Below are positions 48,529 through 57,700 of a DNA stretch of 64,000 bases, piece by piece (position 1 is the stretch's first letter; each line of letters opens with the position of its first letter). The notes under the pieces are model-generated. The model made no database searches. It saw nothing but the letters and a program-made list of their open reading frames with translations, and had not been told where the DNA came from. This stretch comes from Candidatus Hydrothermarchaeum profundi (lineage in GTDB: Archaea; Hydrothermarchaeota; Hydrothermarchaeia; Hydrothermarchaeales; Hydrothermarchaeaceae): positions 396,006 through 460,005 of the forward strand of contig MTMF02000009.1 of assembly GCA_002011125.2 (NCBI GenBank). The letters run 5' to 3'. The position numbers and the translations under genes are program-made.

Positions 48529-49760
48529 TGCTAAAGTTTTTTAATACCCTCTCCAGAAAGAAGGAGCTTTTTTTTCCTTTGGAGGAGGGAAGAGTAAAAC
48601 TTTACACATGTGGTCCTTCTGTTTATGACACTCCTCACCTTGGTAATTATCGAACTTATGCTTTTGAAGATACATTAAAAAGATACTTAGAATTCAAAGG
48701 TTTTGAAGTATTCCATGTAATGAATGTTACCGATGTTGAAGATAAAGCTATAAGAGCTGCGAAAAAAGATAAAATATCTCTTAAAGAACTTACCAATAGG
48801 TATTTAGATATTTTTTTAAAAGATATGGATTTACTGAAGATAAAGCTTCCTAATATCTGTGCTATAGCTTCTGAACATATAAAAGATGCCGAAAAACTTG
48901 TTAAAATCTTATTAAACAAAGGTTTAGCTTATAAGGATGAAAAAGGCAATGTTTTCTACGATATATCAAAATTTAAGGGATATGGAATGCTTTCAAAAAT
49001 TAAACTCACCGATAAAATGTTAAACCGCAGAGTTACAAAAGATGATTACCAGAATTGGGAGGCAGGAGACTATGTTCTTTGGAAAGCATGGAAGAAGAGT
49101 GATGGAGAAGTATATTGGGAGAGTTATTTAGGGAAAGGACGTCCAGGATGGCATCTAGAGGATACTGCTATCGCCCTTCGATATTTAGGTGATAGATATG
49201 ATATCCACTGCGGTGGTGCGGATAATGTTTTCCCACACCATGAAAATCTAATCGCGCAAAATGATGGAGTAACCGGCCATAAAACTGTTAATTACTGGCT
49301 CCATTGCCGACATTTAATAATAGAAGGAAGAAAGATGTCAAAACGTACCGGAAATGTAGTGTATCCCCAAGACCTTATCTCTAAAGGTTTTACTCCAGAA
49401 GGCATAAGGTATCTATTCTACTCTACCCACTATCGTAGAAGATTGAACTTCACTATGGATGAAATGCGGAAGGCGGAAGAAGAAGTCAAACGCCTAAATG
49501 GATTTATAAAATCCCTAAAAATAGGAGGAAATGAATATATCCCTGAGATAAAGGAGGAAGTTGATAAATTAATTAAAGATTTTGAGAAATCGATGGATGA
49601 CGATCTTAATACTGTGTTAGCTCTCAAGGCAATTTCAAATATGATTGAAAATCTGGGGAAATATAGGAATGTTAAGCTGTCAAAAGATAATTACACGGAG
49701 ATTATGGAAACTATCAAAAGAGTTAATAGCGTGCTCCCTATCTTTCAATATTATCTGTAA
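48528..49760 (+). CDS. Cysteinyl-tRNA synthetase-like class I ligase (atypical, truncated paralog)
   Basis: YTCGPSVY, HLGN, GRPGWH, FPHHEN, KMSK, MDDDLNT; ends after the DALR domain. Confidence 0.85.
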   Translation: MLKFFNTLSRKKELFFPLEEGRVKLYTCGPSVYDTPHLGNYRTYAFEDTLKRYLEFKGFEVFHVMNVTDVEDKAIRAAKKDKISLKELTNRYLDIFLKDMDLLKIKLPNICAIASEHIKDAEKLVKILLNKGLAYKDEKGNVFYDISKFKGYGMLSKIKLTDKMLNRRVTKDDYQNWEAGDYVLWKAWKKSDGEVYWESYLGKGRPGWHLEDTAIALRYLGDRYDIHCGGADNVFPHHENLIAQNDGVTGHKTVNYWLHCRHLIIEGRKMSKRTGNVVYPQDLISKGFTPEGIRYLFYSTHYRRRLNFTMDEMRKAEEEVKRLNGFIKSLKIGGNEYIPEIKEEVDKLIKDFEKSMDDDLNTVLALKAISNMIENLGKYRNVKLSKDNYTEIMETIKRVNSVLPIFQYYL

Positions 49761-49793
49761 GGATGTTACACGTTAAAGTATAAAAAAAAAGAT

Positions 49794-50369
49794 ATGCTTA
49801 TAGGTGTTTTAGCATTACAAGGTGATGTCTCAGAACATTTTAATATCTTGCGAAATTTATTGGCAGCCGAAGAAGTAACTTTGGTTAAAACTAAGGAAAG
49901 GATATCAGAACTTGACGGGCTAATTATACCTGGCGGGGAGAGCACGACCGTTGGAAAACTGATGGTTAAATATGGGATAGATAAAAAGATTAAGAGTAGT
50001 GAAAATTTAGCGATTTTTGGAACCTGCACAGGAGCTATTCTACTTGCTAAAAAAATATTAGGAATGAAACAGTTTACCCTTAATCTTATGGATTTTGAGG
50101 TCGAGAGAAATGCATATGGACGCCAAAGAGAGAGCTTCGAGGCTGACCTAGCGATTCCGGTATTAGATGGGAAGCCGTTTAGAGGTATATTTATCAGGGC
50201 CCCAGTAATTAAAAATGTTGGGAAGAAAGTTAAAGTTCTAGCGAGATATAAGAATGACCCAGTGCTAATAGAAGAGGACAGATTTTTGGCTGCAACTTTT
50301 CACCCAGAACTAACAGATGACATAAGGATACATAAATACTTCATAAAAATCGTTAGGAAGTATCTCTAA
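49794..50369 (+). CDS. pdxT: PLP synthase glutaminase subunit
   Basis: GVLALQG, PGGEST, GTCTG, RNAYGRQ, FIRAP, FHPEL. Confidence 0.96.
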   Translation: MLIGVLALQGDVSEHFNILRNLLAAEEVTLVKTKERISELDGLIIPGGESTTVGKLMVKYGIDKKIKSSENLAIFGTCTGAILLAKKILGMKQFTLNLMDFEVERNAYGRQRESFEADLAIPVLDGKPFRGIFIRAPVIKNVGKKVKVLARYKNDPVLIEEDRFLAATFHPELTDDIRIHKYFIKIVRKYL

Positions 50370-50412
50370 TTACGTTAACGTTTTTATAATATGAAAACTT
50401 AGGGGTAGAGAC

Positions 50413-51582
50413 ATGTTTGTTAGCCTTTATAACTTCAAAGACGAAGTAAGAAATGGATTTAACTTCAAAGAAATAAAGATAAATGACACTACTTTACGAG
50501 ATGGAGAACAAACTCCTGGAGTAGTCTTCTCTATCGAAGAGAAGGTTAATATAGCTAAGATGCTTGACGAGATAGGGGTACAGCAAATTGAAGCTGGAAC
50601 TCCTGCTATGTCTCCTGAAGAGATTAAAGCCGTAAAATCAATTGTCCAAGAAAATCTTAATGCAAGTATTATGGGTTGGGCACGGGCAGTTAAAAGTGAC
50701 ATCGACGCTGTGTTGAAAACTGATGCCGACGCTATTGCTATATCTATTGCTACCTCAGATATACACCTCAAGTACAAGCTGAGAAAAACCAGAGAAGAAG
50801 TTTTAGAGATGGCTACCAATATGGTAGAATATGCAAAATCCCATGGACTATATGTTTCTCTTAATTCAGAAGACGCTACAAGGACGGATTTCCCATTCCT
50901 AAAAGAATTCGCTAAAAGCGGACTTGAAGCCGGAGCTAATAGGCTTAGGATATGTGATACTCTTGGAGTTCTTATACCTGCTTCAAGCAAATACCTAACA
51001 AAGAAAATTATCGAAGAAGTTGGAATAACTGTAGAAATACACACCCACAATGATTATGGACTGGCGGTTGCAAATGCTCTTGCGGCTTTTGAAGCAGGAG
51101 CCGAGTGGGCTTCAACAACTGTTAATGGGTTAGGAGAGAGAGCAGGAAACTCCTCCCTCGAAGGGGTGATAATGAGCCTCATCAAACTATATAACTTAGA
51201 TCTTCCATTTAAAATAAGTAAAATCTACCAGCTTTCTAAATACGTTGAAAAGGCAAGCGGTATACCTATCCCACCCAATAGATCAATCGTTGGCCAACAT
51301 ATGTTCACACATGAATCTGGTATTCATGTAGATGGTGTATTAAAGTACCCCTATACATACGAGTCCTTCTTACCTGACGAAATCGGTGCAAGCAGACGGA
51401 TAGTTATAGGAAAACACTCGGGAAAACATGCAGTGTGGGATAAGCTAAAGTCACTTGGATTCGAGGTGAATAAAGAGGACCTGATGAAAATAGTTGAAAT
51501 AGTAAAAAAGAGAGCCGAAGAGAGAAAGAGTGCTTTAACAGATGACGAATTAAAACAGATAGCTCTGGAAGTACTTAAATGA
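50413..51582 (+). CDS. Homocitrate/2-isopropylmalate synthase family enzyme (AksA/NifV-like, no regulatory domain)
   Basis: DTTLRDGEQ, HTHNDYGLA, GLGERAGN, HESGIH, GKHSG; 389 aa. Confidence 0.9.
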   Translation: MFVSLYNFKDEVRNGFNFKEIKINDTTLRDGEQTPGVVFSIEEKVNIAKMLDEIGVQQIEAGTPAMSPEEIKAVKSIVQENLNASIMGWARAVKSDIDAVLKTDADAIAISIATSDIHLKYKLRKTREEVLEMATNMVEYAKSHGLYVSLNSEDATRTDFPFLKEFAKSGLEAGANRLRICDTLGVLIPASSKYLTKKIIEEVGITVEIHTHNDYGLAVANALAAFEAGAEWASTTVNGLGERAGNSSLEGVIMSLIKLYNLDLPFKISKIYQLSKYVEKASGIPIPPNRSIVGQHMFTHESGIHVDGVLKYPYTYESFLPDEIGASRRIVIGKHSGKHAVWDKLKSLGFEVNKEDLMKIVEIVKKRAEERKSALTDDELKQIALEVLK

Positions 51583-51591
51583 GGCTTTTAC

Positions 51592-52845
51592 ATGGGGAAA
51601 ACCATCTCAGAAAAAATATTAAGTTCCCATTCTAAGAAAGATGTTTACGCTGGAGATATCATTGTAGCAAATATTGACCTAGCAATTGCCCAAGATGGTA
51701 CCGGACCTTTAACTGTCCAAAAAATTCGAGAATTAAATAGAGCAGTAAAAAATCCTTCAAAAACTATATTCTTCATAGACCATGCCTCACCAAGCCCTAG
51801 AAAAGAGCTTTCTGATGCTCATACTATTTTAAGGGAGTTTACAATTGAAAGCGGATGTAAACTCTACGACATTGGATGTGGAATATCACATCAAATAATA
51901 GCTGAAGAATACGTTAATCCCGGAGAAATAGTAATCGGGGCAGATTCCCATACGTGTACAGCTGGAGCTCTTGGTGCCTTCGCTACTGGTATGGGGTCCA
52001 CGGATATTGCTGTAGGGATGGTACTCGGCAAGACTTGGTTCAGAGTACCAGAAACGTATAAAATCTTAGTGACTGGAAAATTGCCTGTAGGAACTTATCC
52101 TAAAGATCTGATTCTTTATATAATAGGTAAGTTAGGCGCTAATGGTGCAACATATAAAGCTTTAGAATTCTCTGGCGAAACTATAGAAAGAATGGAAATG
52201 GCGGGCAGACTTACGCTTACTAATATGGCAGTTGAAGCCGGAGCTAAAACCGGCTTAATAGCAACCGATAAAACTACGGAAGAGTATCTTATCAGACAGG
52301 GAAGAGGAGAGAAATATGTTGAAATCAAGCCAGATAAAGATGCCAATTACAAGAGGGAAATTTATATCGATGCCTCTGATTTAGTGCCGTTGGTTTCAGT
52401 ACCTCATAGAGTGGATAACGTTAAACCAGCCTCGGAGTTATCAGACATAAAATTGGATCAGGTATATATTGGAACTTGCACTAACGGGAGAATAGAAGAT
52501 TTTAGGATTGCCGCTAAAATACTTAGAGGAAAAAAGAGGAACCCTGAAACTCGGCTAATAATCGCTCCTGCTTCTAAAGATGTATATGAGAAGGCCTTAG
52601 AAGAAGGTCTTATAAAGATTTTTTTGAATGCTGGTGCAACCATACTACCCCCTGGCTGTGGACCCTGCGTGGGCGTTCATGGAGGTATCCTTGGAAATGG
52701 AGAAATTTGTTTATCTACGCAAAATAGAAATTTTAAAGGGCGGATGGGAAATCCTGATGCCGAAATATACCTAGCCTCTCCTGCAACCGCTGCTTATTCA
52801 GCATTATCTGGAGTGATCTCAGATCCCCAGGAGGCAATGCTATGA
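51592..52845 (+). CDS. Homoaconitase/isopropylmalate isomerase large subunit
   Basis: DH, GADSHTCT, GTCTNGR, PGCGPC.G, NRNFKGRMG. Confidence 0.93.
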   Translation: MGKTISEKILSSHSKKDVYAGDIIVANIDLAIAQDGTGPLTVQKIRELNRAVKNPSKTIFFIDHASPSPRKELSDAHTILREFTIESGCKLYDIGCGISHQIIAEEYVNPGEIVIGADSHTCTAGALGAFATGMGSTDIAVGMVLGKTWFRVPETYKILVTGKLPVGTYPKDLILYIIGKLGANGATYKALEFSGETIERMEMAGRLTLTNMAVEAGAKTGLIATDKTTEEYLIRQGRGEKYVEIKPDKDANYKREIYIDASDLVPLVSVPHRVDNVKPASELSDIKLDQVYIGTCTNGRIEDFRIAAKILRGKKRNPETRLIIAPASKDVYEKALEEGLIKIFLNAGATILPPGCGPCVGVHGGILGNGEICLSTQNRNFKGRMGNPDAEIYLASPATAAYSALSGVISDPQEAML

Positions 52846-53339
52846 TTCTTAAAGGGAGAGCTTGGAAATTCGGAGATAATATTAGTACCGATCTAATAGC
52901 ACCTGGGAGATACTTCCATTTAAGAACAAATTTGCCTGAACTTGCCAAACACACATTAGAAGACGCTGATCCAGAGTTTTCAAAAAAGGTAAGAAAAGGC
53001 GACTTTATAGTTGCTGGTGAAAATTTTGGTCTAGGGTCTAGCAGAGAGCACGCTCCACAAATAATTAAGCTCTCAGGAGTCAGTGCAGTTCTCGCAAAAT
53101 CCTTTGCGAGAATCTTTTATCGTAACGCTGTTAATATAGGACTTCCTGTTTTAGAAGCTGACACAGATAAAATAGATAATGGAGACAAAATAGAAGTCGA
53201 TATAGAAAAGGGATTAATCATAAATAATTCTAAAGATATTAAGATTAGATCACAACCCCTACCAGAATTTATGATTAAACTATTAGAAAACGGGGGACTT
53301 ATAGCTTATATTCAAAAATATAAAGACTTAGAAATTTAA
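52842..53339 (+). CDS. Homoaconitase/isopropylmalate isomerase small subunit
   Basis: GDNISTD.IAP, NFGLGSSREHA, SFARIFYRN. Confidence 0.93.
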   Translation: MILKGRAWKFGDNISTDLIAPGRYFHLRTNLPELAKHTLEDADPEFSKKVRKGDFIVAGENFGLGSSREHAPQIIKLSGVSAVLAKSFARIFYRNAVNIGLPVLEADTDKIDNGDKIEVDIEKGLIINNSKDIKIRSQPLPEFMIKLLENGGLIAYIQKYKDLEI

Positions 53340-53369
53340 AAAGAAGGGATGGAGTCTCTAGAAATTTAT

Positions 53370-53465
53370 TTATCCAAATGGGTGGAAAAGCATCCCTATT
53401 ACCATAATCCCCAAGAAATAGGCTATTAAACCTCCAAAAACTATATATCCTAGCGCACTGGGCAT
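53370..53465 (-). CDS. 31-aa single-TM small protein (absent from the ORF track)
   Basis: GGAGGTGA RBS 5 nt before ATG; MPSALGYIVFGGLIAYFLGIMVIGMLFHPFG*. Confidence 0.65.
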   Translation of the reverse strand: MPSALGYIVFGGLIAYFLGIMVIGMLFHPFG

Positions 53466-53740
53466 TTTATTTCACCTCCTTGAGCCTCTTTCTGTTGTTA
53501 TGTTCTTTTTACGTGAATATACTAATAGCGAAAAAAAAGAGTAAAATATATGTTAAATGTGATAAAAATAACTAAAAATCTCCGGATGTAATTTACAATT
53601 TTATTGATTTTTCCATAGAATTAAGTAATTAAAACGTAAAAAAGAGTTAACAACATATGTAAATTCGTAGTTTTAATTTAGTTAAACTTGTCCCTAAAAG
53701 ATACGGTTTTTATATTAGTATCTTTAACTATAAGTTCCAA

Positions 53741-54466
53741 ATGTTTACAGAAAAAATTAAACACAAGGATTTAAGCCAAAATTTAGCTGTTTTAACTTCG
53801 GGGGGTAAGGATTCATTATATTCGGCCTATGTAATGTACAAAAGAGGTTTCGACATCTCACATTTTCTAACAATCTTCCCAGAAACTGAGGAGAGTTACA
53901 TGTTTCATTATCCTAATGTCAAACTTACAAAACTTCAAGCAGAAGCTGTGAGTGTCCAGCATTTTGTATCCTATAGTAAAGGTGAAAAGGAGAAGGAACT
54001 CGAAGATCTAAAGTTTCTAATTTCGAAAGTTAAAGGCAAGGTTTCCGGACTAGTTTCTGGAGCCATAGCCTCTGAATATCAGAAAAAAAGGGTAGACGCA
54101 ATATGCCGTCTGATAGGTATAAGGTCATACGCTCCGCTTTGGAATTTAAACCCCAAAAACCTTCTTCATAGCATGCTAAAAGAAAAATTTGAGATAATTA
54201 TAACCTCTGTGGCAGCTAGTGGGCTTGACGAAAGTTGGCTTGGAAGAAAAATTGATTCAAAATGTATTAAAGATCTAATAAAACTGAACGAAAAGTTTGG
54301 GATACATCTAACAGGCGAAGGAGGAGAATATGAAACTCTAGTTATTGATATGCCCTTGTTTAGGAAAAAATTAGAAATTATAGATGCAGAGAAAATATGG
54401 GAAGAAAATTCCGGAAGTTATATTATAAGAAGGGCAAGACTTGTTGAAAAAATTAATATCGAGTGA
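53741..54466 (+). CDS. dph6: Diphthine--ammonia ligase / MJ0570-type PP-loop ATPase
   Basis: SGGKDS, SYMFH, GAIASEYQ, PLW, GEGGEYET. Confidence 0.88.
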   Translation: MFTEKIKHKDLSQNLAVLTSGGKDSLYSAYVMYKRGFDISHFLTIFPETEESYMFHYPNVKLTKLQAEAVSVQHFVSYSKGEKEKELEDLKFLISKVKGKVSGLVSGAIASEYQKKRVDAICRLIGIRSYAPLWNLNPKNLLHSMLKEKFEIIITSVAASGLDESWLGRKIDSKCIKDLIKLNEKFGIHLTGEGGEYETLVIDMPLFRKKLEIIDAEKIWEENSGSYIIRRARLVEKINIE

Positions 54467-56073
54467 GGATGGAAATAATGATAAAAATCGCTATAGCTCA
54501 AATTAATCCGACAGTTGGAGACTTGGAGGGAAATACAGAAAAAATCATTGAGTATATCAGCCTAGCCAAAAGCAAAGGAGCAAATTTAGTTGTATTTCCT
54601 GAACTCGCTATCACAGGCTATCCCCCAAAAGACCTCCTACTTAAACCCTCATTTATTGAAGACAACCAAAAAAAACTTGATGAAATAATAGAAAACACTC
54701 ATGGAATAGCTGCTGTTGTTGGTTTTGTAGACGGCCTTCGTGAGATATATAATGCCGCGGCCCTTATAAAAGATGGAGAGCTTATTGGAGTCCAACACAA
54801 GACACACCTTCCTAATTACGATGTCTTTGACGAAAAAAGATATTTTACGCCTGCTAAAACTTGCCGTATTTTCGATGTAGAAGGAGTAAAAATAGGTATA
54901 AACATCTGCGAAGATATCTGGGTAGAGGATGGCCCTCCCAAGATTCAATCTAGACTAGGAGCGGAGTTGCTGGTTACTATCAATGCATCTCCATTTCATG
55001 CTGGAAAACTTAAAGAAAGAGAGAAACTCATAGCAAAAAGAGCCAAAGAAAATTGGGTTCCAATAATCTACTGCAATATGGTTGGAGGGCAGGATGACCT
55101 TGTTTTCGATGGCGGAAGTTATATTTTTGATAGAGAAGGCCGGCTCATAGCACGATGTAAACGCTTTGAGGAGGATCTTCTCCTCTGGGAGCCTGAGAGC
55201 AAACCTGAAGTGATTCCTGAAGAGGACCCAATGGAAGAGATTTTTAATGCACTAGTATTAGGGATACGCGATTATGCTAGAAAAAATGGATTCGATAAAG
55301 CAATTATTGGATTGAGCGGTGGTATAGACTCTTCATTAACAGCTGCCTTAGCAACAAAAGCCTTAGGTAGTGAAAATGTTATAGGACTGTCTATGCCCAG
55401 CAGGATAACATCAAATGAAAGTATGGAAGATGCAATGGAAGTTGCAAAAAATCTTGGAATAGCCTATAAAGTTGTACCAATTAGCGAGATAATGGACGCA
55501 TATACTAAAGCCCTCGCAGAGGAATTCAAGGGACTGCCTGAGGATGTAACAGAAGAAAATCTCCAAGCAAGAATCAGAGGAAATTTGCTTTTGGCGTTTT
55601 CTAATAAATTCGGTTATTTAGTGATTTCAACTGGAAATAAATCAGAATTAGCTGTAGGTTATACCACTCTCTATGGCGATATGGCAGGAGGCTTGGCAGC
55701 AATAAGCGATGTCCCTAAGACAATGGTTTATGAACTTGCTAAATTCATTAATATGAAAGAAGGAAAAGAGCTAATACCCAAGAGAGTAATTGAGAAAGAA
55801 CCCTCCGCTGAACTTAGAGTCGGCCAAAAAGACGCAGATGAGATTCCACCATACGAAGTCCTAGATCCTATACTTCACGCCTATATCGAAGAGAATAAAA
55901 GTAAGAGAGAGATTATAGCGATGGGATACGATAGAAAAATCGTTGAAGATATAATTTGGAGAGTTGATCACAATGAATATAAAAGAAAACAAGCCCCAAT
56001 TGGGATAAAAGTGACAACAAAAGCTTTCGGGTTTGGAAGGAGAATGCCAATTACAAACAAATATGGAGGATGA
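54463..56073 (+). CDS. nadE: Glutamine-dependent NAD+ synthetase
   Basis: Nitrilase domain (FPEL, K..LPNY..FDE, ICED) plus SGGIDS, ENLQARIRG, TGNKSE, PSAEL. Confidence 0.96.
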   Translation: MRMEIMIKIAIAQINPTVGDLEGNTEKIIEYISLAKSKGANLVVFPELAITGYPPKDLLLKPSFIEDNQKKLDEIIENTHGIAAVVGFVDGLREIYNAAALIKDGELIGVQHKTHLPNYDVFDEKRYFTPAKTCRIFDVEGVKIGINICEDIWVEDGPPKIQSRLGAELLVTINASPFHAGKLKEREKLIAKRAKENWVPIIYCNMVGGQDDLVFDGGSYIFDREGRLIARCKRFEEDLLLWEPESKPEVIPEEDPMEEIFNALVLGIRDYARKNGFDKAIIGLSGGIDSSLTAALATKALGSENVIGLSMPSRITSNESMEDAMEVAKNLGIAYKVVPISEIMDAYTKALAEEFKGLPEDVTEENLQARIRGNLLLAFSNKFGYLVISTGNKSELAVGYTTLYGDMAGGLAAISDVPKTMVYELAKFINMKEGKELIPKRVIEKEPSAELRVGQKDADEIPPYEVLDPILHAYIEENKSKREIIAMGYDRKIVEDIIWRVDHNEYKRKQAPIGIKVTTKAFGFGRRMPITNKYGG

Positions 56074-56076
56074 GGA

Positions 56077-56940
56077 ATGAAGATAAGTATCATTGGAGCA
56101 GGAAGAGTAGGATCACAAATAGCATTTGTGTTGATGGAACGTGGCCTATGTGATGAAATTGTTATAATCGATATCATAAAGGATCGAGCGCAAGGGGAAG
56201 CTCTCGACCTTTTACATTGCTCATCAGAAATTGATAAAAAAATAAAAATCTCTGGTGGAGATGATTATTCATTGGTCAACGGCTCTGAGATTATTATAAT
56301 TACAGCAGGCGTAGCACGTAAACCTGGAGATACTCGGTTGGACCTAGCTAAAAAGAATTCTCAGATAATGCAAGATATCGTAAGAAGACTTCCAAAAGAG
56401 GGGCTGATCTTAGTAGTCTCTAATCCTGTGGACGTGATGACCTATCAAGTACTTAAGAGTACCAATAAAGATAAAACTGAGGTATTTGGACTTGGAACGA
56501 TGCTTGATACCATGAGATTACGGTCATTACTCTTAGAGAAATATGGAAAATGTGATGAAGTATATATAATTGGAGAACACGGTGACAGCATGATTCCAGT
56601 ATTCGGAAAACTTGCAGAAAGAGGTAATATGAATGAATTGAAATCAGTCTTTGAGAATGTAAGAAAAGGAGCAGCAGAAGTAATTAAGCTTAAAGGTGCT
56701 ACCGTGTTCGCCCCTGCCGTTGCTGTCGCCAAAGTAGTGCAGAGCGTGGTTAGAGATGAAAGAAAGATATTACCTATCTCAGCTCTGCGAGAGGAGTATG
56801 GGGTATGTATAAGTCTGCCTACCATAATAGGTAAGAAGGGTGCTAACTTTATAGATTTCGAGCTAAATGAAGAAGAAAAAGACGGATTATTAAAGTCAGT
56901 AGAAGTTCTAAAAAAAGCAAAAGAACAACTACATCTTTAG
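56077..56940 (+). CDS. mdh: LDH-like malate dehydrogenase
   Basis: GAGRVG, TAGVARKPGDTRLDL, SNPVD, LDTMR, GEHGDS. Confidence 0.88.
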   Translation: MKISIIGAGRVGSQIAFVLMERGLCDEIVIIDIIKDRAQGEALDLLHCSSEIDKKIKISGGDDYSLVNGSEIIIITAGVARKPGDTRLDLAKKNSQIMQDIVRRLPKEGLILVVSNPVDVMTYQVLKSTNKDKTEVFGLGTMLDTMRLRSLLLEKYGKCDEVYIIGEHGDSMIPVFGKLAERGNMNELKSVFENVRKGAAEVIKLKGATVFAPAVAVAKVVQSVVRDERKILPISALREEYGVCISLPTIIGKKGANFIDFELNEEEKDGLLKSVEVLKKAKEQLHL

Positions 56941-57657
56941 TACTCTAGCAATATTTTTCCAGAGTATAAGCTCTTTAACATCCTTATTTAACTCTATTTC
57001 CTCAAATTTTTCTATGAGTTCTTTTCTCATATTAGAGTAAGGAGAATCAGATCCCGCAATTATTCTCCTTGGTCCAAGCCTCACTAAGGCCTCTTTTATC
57101 TTGTTAAGGTTCCACGCTTTCACCGTACCTAAGTATAGGTTTTTATGCTCTTCACACACCTCTATGAAATTCTCTCCACGCATATGAGCTAGGATAATAA
57201 TGGCGTCAGGGACTTCCCCAGCAAGTTTACCTATACCTTCATTAGGAGATTCCTTTTTCCCATTATCGAAAACTACAGGTACACCGTGCTCAGCAGCTTT
57301 TTTTATTACTTCTAAAACATAGGGATGATCTAGAGTAAATGCCTGAGCCGTAGGATGTAACTTAACTCCTTTTAACCCTAATTCATTAATGCTTCTTTCT
57401 AGTTCTTCTAAGGTCTTTTCTTCAAAATTAGGATCCAATCTACAAAAGCCTATAAGATGCTCAGGATATTTTTCAACTGCGGAGGAAACTGCGTTATTAG
57501 CTTTAGAAAAAGAAATACCAGGATCTATATCATTAAAAGGGAATACAATGGCTTTATCTACACCAATATCCTCCATAGAATTAACTAATTCCTCAGGAGT
57601 CAAAGTAGCCCCGTCTTTGTCGGGCCCTCCCATATGAACATGAGAATCAATTATCAT
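56929..57657 (-). CDS. Amidohydrolase-2 family metal-dependent hydrolase
   Basis: IIDSHVH, GVKLHP, AHM, GSDSP. Confidence 0.88.
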   Translation of the reverse strand: MIIDSHVHMGGPDKDGATLTPEELVNSMEDIGVDKAIVFPFNDIDPGISFSKANNAVSSAVEKYPEHLIGFCRLDPNFEEKTLEELERSINELGLKGVKLHPTAQAFTLDHPYVLEVIKKAAEHGVPVVFDNGKKESPNEGIGKLAGEVPDAIIILAHMRGENFIEVCEEHKNLYLGTVKAWNLNKIKEALVRLGPRRIIAGSDSPYSNMRKELIEKFEEIELNKDVKELILWKNIARVLKM

Positions 57658-57700
57658 AGAATAAAAAGGAATATGACAATAAGGTTATATATTTTTCTAG

